Part shown: one piece after another, positions 19,106 through 27,693 of the stretch | How positions within the stretch are numbered: position 1 is the stretch's first letter | Layout of the letters: each line of letters begins with the position of its first letter | Assembly (NCBI GenBank): GCA_003137095.1 | Contig: PLET01000070.1 | Coordinates: 585 to 64,584, forward strand | DNA from: Gammaproteobacteria bacterium | GTDB taxonomy: Bacteria > Pseudomonadota > Gammaproteobacteria > Steroidobacterales > Steroidobacteraceae | Length of the DNA: 64,000 nt | Direction of reading: 5' to 3' | Notes under the pieces: model-generated | Database searches by the model: none | Told to the model about the DNA's origin: nothing | The model's input: the letters and a program-made list of their open reading frames with translations, nothing else | Position numbers and translations under genes: made by a program

Positions 19106-21409
19106 ATGCGCAATCATAAACTATCGTTGGCTTGTGCCGTGTTGGGACTCGCTGCGGGTACGGCATCGACCCCGGTCATGAGTGAGCCGGCGGCCAATGC
19201 CGCGCCCGAACTGGAGGAAATCGTCATCACGGCGCAGAAGCGGCCCGAAAAACTGCAGGACGTGCCGGTGGCTGCAGACGTGCTGTCCGCCCGGACCCTC
19301 GCCAATGCGAACATCGCCGACCTGTCTGACCTGAACAACCTCGTGCCGTCCGTGCAGCTCAACGGCACCATCAACGGCCGCGTGCCGACGGGAATACGCG
19401 GCATCTCCAGCGTCTCGAACGAGCAGACCGTCGGCATTTCATCGGGCGTCGCGATTACCATCGACGGGGTTCCGGTGCCGTCCGACTCCTTCGATGCGAA
19501 CAACGTCGCCGGCGTGCAGAGCGTCGAAGTGCTGCTCGGCCCCCAGTCGACCCTGGGCGGGCGGACGGCGGCTTCGGGCCTCATAAATTTCACGACCCGC
19601 GGACCGAGCGATGTCGCCCAGGGATTCGCCACGACCACGGTGACCGACGACGGCGAATACCGCATCGAAGCGTTTCTGTCCGGACCGATCACGAGCCGCC
19701 TGGAGGGCAGCCTGTCTCTCTACAAGAACACCACGCCTTACCCGATCACCAATCTGGCGACGGGCGACAAGACCACGCAGGACGTGTCCGGCGGCCGCGG
19801 AAAACTGCGTTTCAACGTCACCGACGATCTGGATGTGACCTTGATGGTTCACAGCGAACTCACGCAGGGACACGGCTTCAATTTCGTGTACACCTACATC
19901 ACGCCGGGCAACGATCTGCTGTTCACGCCCGGCCCCTTCACCCAGGCGAAGCTGCTGCCGGGCATCACGCCCTCGTGGAACAATCTGGCCTACGCGAGCC
20001 CGGTAACCACGGCCGGCGCGGACCACCGCGACGGGGATTACAGCGTCATCATCGAGGATCGACTGGGCGGCGGCTACACGCTGACCTCGACCACGGCCTA
20101 CGAACAGGAGAACCAGGATCAGACCCAGGACCTGTTCGCCGTCGACAACTTCTTCTGGAATACGTTGACCGGCCAAACCGTGTTCTTCAACACGCAAAAT
20201 CAGGTGACCACCGTGAAACAGGAAAGCGAGGAGATCAAGATCACCTCGCCCACGGATCAGACGCTGAGCTGGCTGGCCGGTGTGTTTTACTCGGATGTCA
20301 ATGTGGATGAAACCTACAATCGAACCCTGCCGCCCGCGCTGATCGGCGTGCACGTGATTCCGGACACGAAGACCTACGATGTCTATGCGCGCTCGACCTG
20401 GCGGTTCACCGATGCGACGTCTCTGGTGGCGGGTCTGCGGTTCAATCACGATGCAATTTCCAACAATTACACGCAGTATGCCGACGCCGGCGTCTCGCCG
20501 CCGGTTTACACCAGCGTGAGCAGCGCCTCGTCCAACAACCTGGTCGGCGACATCGCGTTGAAGCAGCAGTTCACCGAGAATGTGATGGGATATGTGAGCT
20601 ATTCGCGCGGCTATTCGCCCATTGCGTACAACACCTCGCAGGTGCTCACCAGCAACGCGTCACAGACGCCGGTCGGCACCGAATCCATCAACAGCTTCGA
20701 GATCGGCACCAAGGGCTCGTACCTCGACCATACCCTGAACTTCAACGCCGACATATTCGACACGATTTACAACAATTACCAGATTCAAAGCTACGCCTAT
20801 GCACCCGGCGAGCTGACGCCGCCGCTCAATTTGAGTTCGGTCGGAAAGGCTCAGACCCGCGGCGCCGAGTTCTCGACCGAGTGGCTGGCGACGACCCTGA
20901 CCCGCCTCAGTCTGAGCGCGGCCTATATTGACGCCAAATTCGTCGATTACGACAACGCACCCTGCTACGGATTGCAGACGGCCGCGCAGGGCTGCGTGAC
21001 GCCGCTCAGCGGCGCAAGCCCTGCGCAGAACGTCTCCGGCGACGCCATGCCGAATTCACCCAAGTTCAAATTCGCGCTGGGCGGCGAACAGCGCGTGCCG
21101 GTGGTGGACCACCGCTTCGAGTGGGTGCTGGGCGGTACCTACACCTATCGGAGCTCGGCACAGATGCTGCCCGATCAGAACCCCTATGCGATCCAATCCG
21201 GATTCGGCCTGCTCAACCTGAGCGCGGGATTCGGCAGCAGCGACGGCCGGTATTCGGCGACGGCCTTCGTCAAGAACGTCACCAATCACCATTACTTCAG
21301 CGACGTCGAGGATTTCTGGAGCGGGCCGTGGAACGGCAATGCCGTCATTGGTCAGCCGGCGCGCGATTCGCAGCGCTACGCAGGCCTGCGCCTATCGGTG
21401 AGCTTCTGA
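19106..21409 (+). CDS. TonB-dependent outer-membrane receptor
   Basis: Signal peptide, 'LEEIVITAQKRPEKLQDVP', 'VEVLLGPQSTLGGRTAASGLINFTT', terminal '..GLRLSVSF' aromatic residue. Start at ATG 19106 (MRNHK..). Confidence 0.9.
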   Translation: MRNHKLSLACAVLGLAAGTASTPVMSEPAANAAPELEEIVITAQKRPEKLQDVPVAADVLSARTLANANIADLSDLNNLVPSVQLNGTINGRVPTGIRGISSVSNEQTVGISSGVAITIDGVPVPSDSFDANNVAGVQSVEVLLGPQSTLGGRTAASGLINFTTRGPSDVAQGFATTTVTDDGEYRIEAFLSGPITSRLEGSLSLYKNTTPYPITNLATGDKTTQDVSGGRGKLRFNVTDDLDVTLMVHSELTQGHGFNFVYTYITPGNDLLFTPGPFTQAKLLPGITPSWNNLAYASPVTTAGADHRDGDYSVIIEDRLGGGYTLTSTTAYEQENQDQTQDLFAVDNFFWNTLTGQTVFFNTQNQVTTVKQESEEIKITSPTDQTLSWLAGVFYSDVNVDETYNRTLPPALIGVHVIPDTKTYDVYARSTWRFTDATSLVAGLRFNHDAISNNYTQYADAGVSPPVYTSVSSASSNNLVGDIALKQQFTENVMGYVSYSRGYSPIAYNTSQVLTSNASQTPVGTESINSFEIGTKGSYLDHTLNFNADIFDTIYNNYQIQSYAYAPGELTPPLNLSSVGKAQTRGAEFSTEWLATTLTRLSLSAAYIDAKFVDYDNAPCYGLQTAAQGCVTPLSGASPAQNVSGDAMPNSPKFKFALGGEQRVPVVDHRFEWVLGGTYTYRSSAQMLPDQNPYAIQSGFGLLNLSAGFGSSDGRYSATAFVKNVTNHHYFSDVEDFWSGPWNGNAVIGQPARDSQRYAGLRLSVSF

Positions 21410-22035
21410 TGAAACGCGTTGGTGGGTTTCTGATGAAGCGCGCGGTCCTGGCGTCGGCCGTGATGGTGGCCTGCGCGGCCGTTGCGCAGTCACCGGCGCC
21501 GGCACCGGGGCCGGCCCAGGGCCCTGCGCCGGGTTCGGGATTCCCGGGGGATCACGGACGGCCCTTCGATGGTCTGCCGTTACCCGCCGGACCCCTGCCG
21601 CCGCGGCCGCCGGAGCGGCCGCTGCCGCGTGCGCCGTCCTTGGACCTGTCGCTGGAGGCGGCGATGGCGATCGTCGAGGCCTGCAAGGGTTATCATGTGG
21701 GAGTCAGCGTGATCGACTCCGCGGGAACACCGAAGCTGTACTACATTCCCGACGGCACGGATGGATCGCATGCCTACACGGGATTTCGAAAAGCGTACAC
21801 GGCGCTGGTGTTCAAGATGCCCACCTCACAGGTCGGTGCCTTGACGAGGACGGATCCGACCGTGGTCGCGCGCATCCGGGCGGACAAGAACCTTCTGAGC
21901 TTTGCCGGCGGACTTGTGCTCATGGCCGGCGGACAGGCGATCGGCGCGATCGGCGTGAGCGGCGCGGAGCCGAGCGCCAAGGACGAGGAGTGCGGGCTCG
22001 CCGGCATTGCCAAGATCCGCGACCGTCTCAAGTAA
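21409..22035 (+). CDS. Exported GlcG/HbpS-like (DUF336) haem/corrinoid-binding-domain protein
   Basis: ATG overlaps receptor stop (TGATG). Signal peptide, Pro-rich linker, then 'GVSVIDSAGTPK..', 'FAGGLVLMAGGQAIGAIGVSGA'. It is the C-terminal part of listed ORF 21121..22035. Confidence 0.8.
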   Translation: MKRVGGFLMKRAVLASAVMVACAAVAQSPAPAPGPAQGPAPGSGFPGDHGRPFDGLPLPAGPLPPRPPERPLPRAPSLDLSLEAAMAIVEACKGYHVGVSVIDSAGTPKLYYIPDGTDGSHAYTGFRKAYTALVFKMPTSQVGALTRTDPTVVARIRADKNLLSFAGGLVLMAGGQAIGAIGVSGAEPSAKDEECGLAGIAKIRDRLK

Positions 22036-22161
22036 GGCTCGAACTGAACCGCCTCGAATCGATAAGTTTTCCTCGATTTGACTTATCCGTCAAAATATCT
22101 GCGTTTCGAGACAACATTGGATATCAATATCGGCAAAGGCGCTGTAGAACCTGTCCACGAC

Positions 22162-22245
22162 TGACTGATACAGAGACCCAAGCAATACGCGAAGCTCTTG
22201 GACTGCACGGACCGCACTATAAGAGGAGTCGGCGCGAGTGACTGA
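22162..22245 (+). pseudogene. Decayed fragment homologous to an internal segment of the downstream CHAT gene
   Basis: 22174-22214 matches 22584-22624 at 37/41 nt. It reads ..IQRPKQYAKLLDCTDRT.. versus gene ..YSRLKQYAKLFDCTDRL... It is bounded by in-frame stops at 22162 and 22243. Confidence 0.5.
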
Positions 22246-22367
22246 CCGCAGCGGAGTGAAAACGATCACCGGCGCGTTGCGCGACACCCCTGCCAAATCC
22301 ATCGGCGCCGCGAATTATCGTCGAAATCCCGCACTGACGGGAAATCTTGAAATCTTGTGGGAGGCAC

Positions 22368-24770
22368 ATGACTTTGCGGTCGCTGTCAAGATTAATACTA
22401 TTCGTGGCCGTGCTTGCTGCCAGTCCTTCCTCTTTCTGCGGCGCCGCGAGTGCGGAGGAAAGCCTGACCTACCTGGAAACTGCGGGAAGGTATGCAGACC
22501 TGCAAGCAGAGGCGGAACACAGGCTGTCGAGTGGGCAAAAGGCCAATGCGACATTGCTGAGCTATCTGTGCATCTCATACAGCAGACTCAAGCAATACGC
22601 GAAACTATTCGACTGCACGGACCGACTGGACGAGGAAACGCGGCGCGGCGATTTCGAGATGGCGCTCGACAGCAAATGGATGTTCGTGGCCTCGTCGGAT
22701 GCCCGTCCGATGTCGGAGGTGCTCCGAGCGCGGGCCTATTTTGAACTGGGCGATTATCCAAAGGCCATCGCTTCCGGCAACCGGGCATTGGATCAACTCG
22801 GGGCCATTCCGAATACCGGTGGCCTGTCCCTGTATCCAAAGGTGAGATACGAAATAATGGCTCTTGCGGTCATCGGCGTTTGTGCGGTTCAAATCGGCGA
22901 TCAGCAGATGGCCAAGAGCATGGAGCGTCGGCTGCAGAAGGTGTCCCTTCCAATGCTCGGTTTGCGCATGTGGTTATGGACGAAAAACGCCGCCCTTACA
23001 CAGGTGTATATGGCAATGCATCAGTATAACGACGCCCTCAAACATATTCCGGACGAGCTGCCGGCGGTAATGAGTCTGATGATCAGCGGACTCGGACCGT
23101 ACGCCTACCACGGCGACGACGTCAACACGATACTCGACATACCCAACCAACTGATGCGCGGGAAAGCGCTTTCCGAAATTGGCAGGAAGTCAGAGGCAAA
23201 AGCGGTATTCGACAAGATTCTCTCTTCGCCACGTATCCGAGACGTGGGCGATCTGTACTGGCTCGCCCTATTCGAACGTGGCCGCATCGCGGAAAGCGAG
23301 AATAATCCCGAGCAGGCGTCGGATCTTTACCGCAATGCAGTGGATGTGGTCGAACTGCAGCGCTCCAGCGTTACTACCGAGGCCAGCAAGATCGGATTCG
23401 TGGGTGACAAGCAGATTCTCTACGCCAAGTTGATTGCGGCACTCATCGCCCAGGGGCACACGGCCGAGGCGTTCGACTACATAGAGCGCTCCAAATCGCG
23501 GGCTCTCGTAGACACGCTTGCCTCGAAGAAGGATTTTTATTTGGCGCCGGGGAATACGACGCAGATTCACGAGTTGCTGGTCAAGGTGGAGCAAGCGGAA
23601 ATGGAAGCGCCGAATACCGCTTCCGATTTAGTTGCGCAAAAAGACGAGTCTGCGACGTCTCCGTCCGCGGCGGTCTCCGGCCCTCGCAACCTCAGGATCT
23701 CAGCCGCAAGACAGGCTGCTGCCAGCATCCCCCCCGAAATCGCTTCGCTGGTGTCGGTCGCCTCGACACCTATCGAGGAAATCCGCGCTCTCATTCCAGC
23801 CGACGAAGTTCTGATCGAGTATTACTACGACGATAGGTCCCTTTTCACTTTCCTGCTTTCGCAAAAGGGGCTGCAGATGGTGCGCGGCGAGGTCGGTGAC
23901 CTGGTCGCGGATGCGCTGGCACTGCGCGATGCGATACAAAGCCAGGACGCGGACGCCTACCTGATCCCGGCGCAAAGGCTCTACAAGCGACTCGTTCTGC
24001 CAATCGATCCCCTGCTTAGCGGGGGCTCGAAATTGATTATCGTCCCACAAGGCGTGCTGCATTACGTGCCGTTCGCGGCCCTGCACGATGGCCGGGGCTA
24101 TCTGATCGACAAATATGCCTTTCGCGTATTGCCCAGCGCCAGCGTGATGAAGTACCTGCGCGGTAAGCACGAACTCAAGGAGGGCGGCATCCTCGCTTTC
24201 GGCAACCCCGACCTTGGCGACACGAGGTACGATCTTAAATTCGCTGAAGAAGAGGCAAGGGCAATCGTCCAGACAGTTGCAGGATCCCGCCTCTTCGTGG
24301 GCAAGGAAGCCACCGAAGCGGCGCTGCGGGAGAACGCGACGGCCTTCACCTACCTTCACTTTGCGACGCACGGGGAATTCGATGCCGACCACCCGCTGGA
24401 CTCGGCGCTCATCCTGGCGAAGGATGCTTCCAGCGACGGCTTTCTGACGGTCAGCAAGCTCTATTCGATGCACCTTGACGTCGACCTGGCAACGCTATCC
24501 GCCTGTGATACAGGGTTGGGCAAAATCGCCAACGGCGATGAGGTCGTCGGCCTGACACGAGGTTTCCTTTTTGCCGGAACCTCGACCGTCGTCGCGAGTT
24601 TGTGGCATGTGGACGACCAGGCTACCTCGACACTGATGCGACTGTTCTACGATCAGATAAAAGACAAGGGCAAACGTGAAGCTCTTCGTGAGGCCCAGAT
24701 AGTCACACGCCAATCATTTCCCAGTCCCTATTTTTGGGCGGGCTTCCAGCTCACCGGAAATGCGAACTGA
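22368..24770 (+). CDS. Exported TPR-repeat / CHAT-domain (caspase-like) peptidase
   Basis: Signal peptide MTLRSLSRLILFVAVLAASPSSFCGAASA, TPR-like helical repeats. C-terminal CHAT has 'LHFATHG' (His 24369-24371) and 'LSACDTG' (Cys 24504-24506), and ends 'PYFWAGFQLTG'. ATG 22368 sits behind GGGAGG. Confidence 0.85.
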   Translation: MTLRSLSRLILFVAVLAASPSSFCGAASAEESLTYLETAGRYADLQAEAEHRLSSGQKANATLLSYLCISYSRLKQYAKLFDCTDRLDEETRRGDFEMALDSKWMFVASSDARPMSEVLRARAYFELGDYPKAIASGNRALDQLGAIPNTGGLSLYPKVRYEIMALAVIGVCAVQIGDQQMAKSMERRLQKVSLPMLGLRMWLWTKNAALTQVYMAMHQYNDALKHIPDELPAVMSLMISGLGPYAYHGDDVNTILDIPNQLMRGKALSEIGRKSEAKAVFDKILSSPRIRDVGDLYWLALFERGRIAESENNPEQASDLYRNAVDVVELQRSSVTTEASKIGFVGDKQILYAKLIAALIAQGHTAEAFDYIERSKSRALVDTLASKKDFYLAPGNTTQIHELLVKVEQAEMEAPNTASDLVAQKDESATSPSAAVSGPRNLRISAARQAAASIPPEIASLVSVASTPIEEIRALIPADEVLIEYYYDDRSLFTFLLSQKGLQMVRGEVGDLVADALALRDAIQSQDADAYLIPAQRLYKRLVLPIDPLLSGGSKLIIVPQGVLHYVPFAALHDGRGYLIDKYAFRVLPSASVMKYLRGKHELKEGGILAFGNPDLGDTRYDLKFAEEEARAIVQTVAGSRLFVGKEATEAALRENATAFTYLHFATHGEFDADHPLDSALILAKDASSDGFLTVSKLYSMHLDVDLATLSACDTGLGKIANGDEVVGLTRGFLFAGTSTVVASLWHVDDQATSTLMRLFYDQIKDKGKREALREAQIVTRQSFPSPYFWAGFQLTGNAN

Positions 24771-24940
24771 GAGCGGGAAGATGGTCTGGCGCGGCGAATG
24801 AACTCATATGCCGTTTTGCACGGCAATCCAAGCGTGATGCGAACGGTGCTCGCAGTGATCCTGTGCACCGCCGCCACCTCAAGAACCCGCAGCCGGGTCT
24901 CGTGCCGCACCCGGTGGATCTCACGCTGCGGCGCGCTCAT
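24728..24940 (-). pseudogene. Possible relic of an IS3-type OrfA (HTH) transposase N-terminus
   Basis: 'RLRVLEVAAVHRITASTVR' resembles the IS3/IS911 OrfA HTH ('VAEVCREHGISQATFYRW'). The rest is non-homologous and runs antisense into the CHAT 3' end. Confidence 0.25.
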
Positions 24941-24977
24941 GCAATCTCGTGCGAAATCAAAGCCTGCATCAGCGCCT

Positions 24978-26030
24978 TCAAGCCTTCAGCTTGATCATCT
25001 CGGACGGCGGCGGACCCATGGAGCCTTTCTGCCGGATGCCCCGAAAGGGTTCGAGTGAACTGCGATCCTTGTCGAATTTCATGTCCCATTCGATGTTGGC
25101 ACCGCGCCAGAAGCTCGGCGTATAGGTGGCCCAGAGCAGCGAGCCGAATTTCCAGTCCCAGACGCGTGGCACCCAGTTGTCGTCGAGGTAATCGGTGTCG
25201 GCGTGGTATTCGGCCTCGCCGCCGTTCGGGTTGTCGAAATAGTAGTAGATCGCCGATGAAATCCGGTGCCGCGATAATCCGCCGAGCGTGTTCAGCCCCG
25301 AGTTCTTCCAACCCTTCATGTCCATCTGATTGACGCCGAGCATCAATTCGTCGATGTCCTCCAGGCCGAAGGCGATGTGCATGAAGCCGGGCTCATCGGG
25401 CGCCATGGGCAGCGCCGTCGACACGAAGAAAATGCTGTGATGTTCGTTGGTGCCGTCGGCGCGCGCGAATGCGCCGGCTCCGCGCGAATGGTCCGTGTAG
25501 CGGAATCCGAGGCGGTCGACGAAGAACTCGAGCGATGCGACATAGTCGCGCGCGAAAAACACCACATGATTGATGGTCTTCGGAATGGCGCGCTGGCGCC
25601 ATTTGCGATGCAGATTGAGCCGTTGAATGCGCCCCGGCGCATTGACCGCGTCGGGTTGACTGACCACGGCGCGCTTGTTCCAGACGCGCAATCCCAGGGG
25701 CATGCCGTCATCGGCGAGAAAGTGCGCCGTGCCGTCGGCATCGCGATGTATCGGCCGGTCGCGACCCAGGTCGGCGAGCAGCCGATCGAGCGCCTCCGCG
25801 GTGTCGACACCCCAAATGGTTTCCCGGATGCCCGGTTTGTCGGCATAGGCCGATGGCAATGACGCATCGTCGCGACGCCGCACCACTACCTTGGAACCGC
25901 TGGCCACCTCGAACACCGCTTGCGCGGCGCTGCGGGAAACGCCTGTCAGGCCGAAATCCGTCCAGAATTTGCTGCAAAGTTCGATGTCGTCGACGCCGAA
26001 AATCGCGCTCTCAACGCCCAATATCGCCAT
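24978..26030 (-). CDS. Two-domain VOC (glyoxalase/extradiol dioxygenase) family protein
   Basis: 'MAILGVESAIFGVDDIE..' and a second module 'INHVVFFARDYVASLEFFVDRLGF', 'FMHIAFGLEDIDE'. Confidence 0.8.
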   Translation of the reverse strand: MAILGVESAIFGVDDIELCSKFWTDFGLTGVSRSAAQAVFEVASGSKVVVRRRDDASLPSAYADKPGIRETIWGVDTAEALDRLLADLGRDRPIHRDADGTAHFLADDGMPLGLRVWNKRAVVSQPDAVNAPGRIQRLNLHRKWRQRAIPKTINHVVFFARDYVASLEFFVDRLGFRYTDHSRGAGAFARADGTNEHHSIFFVSTALPMAPDEPGFMHIAFGLEDIDELMLGVNQMDMKGWKNSGLNTLGGLSRHRISSAIYYYFDNPNGGEAEYHADTDYLDDNWVPRVWDWKFGSLLWATYTPSFWRGANIEWDMKFDKDRSSLEPFRGIRQKGSMGPPPSEMIKLKA

Positions 26031-26166
26031 AGGGTTGTTCCATTGTCCTGTGTGTGGTCAAGCATCCGGAAAGAGCCTACCGCTGCGGGCCGCGCCCTGT
26101 AAAAGCAATTGTCCGGATTGCCGACATCAGCAAAGGCGATGCGCGATCCCGACGGCGGCGCGCCCT

Positions 26167-27240
26167 TCACGAAGGGGTGTGCGTATGCAGCAAACGTTGC
26201 GCATTGCCGCTCAAAATCGCCGCGCGATCCTCCGCGGTGAGGCCCGCCGTGCCGCCGACCAGGGCATGCACGTCGTAATGCCCCATGTCGAAGGGGTAGT
26301 CGGTGCCGACGATCACCTGGCTCACCCCCACCTGATCGATCAGATGGCGCAACGCCGGCGCCGAATACACCAGGGTGTCGAACCAGATGCGGCGCAGGTA
26401 GGTGCCCGGCGGTTCGGCCATGCTGTGGGCGTCTGGACGCACATGGTAGGCGTGGTCCGAGCGTCCGATGTAGGTGGGCAGGTAGCCGCCGCCGTGCGCC
26501 GCGCAGATCTTGAGTTCCGGATGACGGTCGAGTACGCCCCCGAAAATCAGATGCGATAGCGCGACCGCGGTCTCCACCGGCTGACCGACGCTGTTCGAGA
26601 GGTAGGCGGGCGCGAGCCGCTCGCCGAGCGAGCAGCCCATCGGATGGATGAACACCACGCAGCCGAGTTCCTGCGCCTTGGCCCAGACGGGCTCGAGGAC
26701 GGGGTCGGACAGCTCGCGCTCATTGACCGCGGTCGAGAGCTCGAAGCCGTGCAGGCCGAGGCGCCGCACGGCGGTCTCGAGCTGCATCACTGCGAGGTCC
26801 GGATGCTGCAGAGCGAGCGTGCCGAGACCCGCGAGCCGCTCCGGGTGCTGCGCGCACAGTGCTGCGATGTGCTCGTTCTGCAGACCGACGATCTGCTCCG
26901 CGAGGTCCCGGCCGGCCCAGTAATAGTACTGGGTGGGCAGCGGGCTGATGACCTGCATGTCGACGCCCAGGTGGTCCATGTCGGCCAGCCGCACGGCCAG
27001 ATCGGTGAGCGCGGCCGCCGCTTGCGGCAGCATGACCGCATTGTTGTGCGCCACCGAAGCAGCCCCCATGGTGCGCAGCCTCAAGTCCGGCTCCGCCTTC
27101 TTCTGCGGACAGTCGGCCACCAGGCGTTCGACCGTCGGCGTCACCACGTGCGCGTGCATGTCGACGGTGCGCACCCGCCGGCCCGCCGCATCGCGCACCC
27201 AGGTAGCCGGATCCGTACGAAAGCGTTGTTCCGGATGCAT
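26167..27240 (-). CDS. Amidohydrolase-2 family enzyme (ACMSD/LigW-type decarboxylase or hydratase)
   Basis: 'VDMHAHVV' metal motif, 'VFIHP', 'ICAAHGGGYLP', 'VGTDYPFD'. Confidence 0.85.
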   Translation of the reverse strand: MHPEQRFRTDPATWVRDAAGRRVRTVDMHAHVVTPTVERLVADCPQKKAEPDLRLRTMGAASVAHNNAVMLPQAAAALTDLAVRLADMDHLGVDMQVISPLPTQYYYWAGRDLAEQIVGLQNEHIAALCAQHPERLAGLGTLALQHPDLAVMQLETAVRRLGLHGFELSTAVNERELSDPVLEPVWAKAQELGCVVFIHPMGCSLGERLAPAYLSNSVGQPVETAVALSHLIFGGVLDRHPELKICAAHGGGYLPTYIGRSDHAYHVRPDAHSMAEPPGTYLRRIWFDTLVYSAPALRHLIDQVGVSQVIVGTDYPFDMGHYDVHALVGGTAGLTAEDRAAILSGNAQRLLHTHTPS

Positions 27241-27246
27241 GGACCT

Positions 27247-27693
27247 TCAGCCTGTCATCAGCGTCGCATGGTCTTCGGTCGGCTTGGGCGCTTCCACGAA
27301 CTCGACCAGATTGCCGACATTGTCGCGAATGAAGATGTTTGAGCCGTGCGCCATCTGCCTGGCCCACACGATGTCGGCGCCGCGCCGGCGCAATTCCTCG
27401 GCGAACTCGGGGACGCTGTGTATCGCGAACGACACGTGCTTGTTGCCGATGGTCTGCACATCCGTGTCCGGCATGCGCCGTTCCGGCGGCAGCGGCCTCG
27501 CTCCCGGCACCTGGAACAATTCGATGTGCAAAGGACCGTTGCGCAGCATCGCCACCTCGGCGGGGATTGCCGCAATGGGAAAGCGGCTCGCCAGTTCGAA
27601 GCCCAGCACCTCGCGCCACCAGGCGATGGCGGCATTCAGATCCGGCACGCTCAAGCCGCCATGGTGATGCCAGAATTCGAGTGCCTTAGCCAC
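27247..27693 (-). CDS. VOC/glyoxalase family protein
   Basis: 'HHHGGLSVPDLNAAIAWWREVLGF', 'KHVSFAI', 'IRDNVGNLVEFVE'. Start overlaps upstream gene stop by 8 nt. Confidence 0.8.
   Translation of the reverse strand: MAKALEFWHHHGGLSVPDLNAAIAWWREVLGFELASRFPIAAIPAEVAMLRNGPLHIELFQVPGARPLPPERRMPDTDVQTIGNKHVSFAIHSVPEFAEELRRRGADIVWARQMAHGSNIFIRDNVGNLVEFVEAPKPTEDHATLMTG

Noticed and set aside
22090-22302. 70-aa minus-strand ORF in the CHAT-gene leader as a possible partner gene
   Set aside because: It has no SD or start context and no recognisable motif. It lies antisense to the decayed CHAT-homologous fragment. Low G+C here makes ORF length weak evidence, so it was left uncalled.
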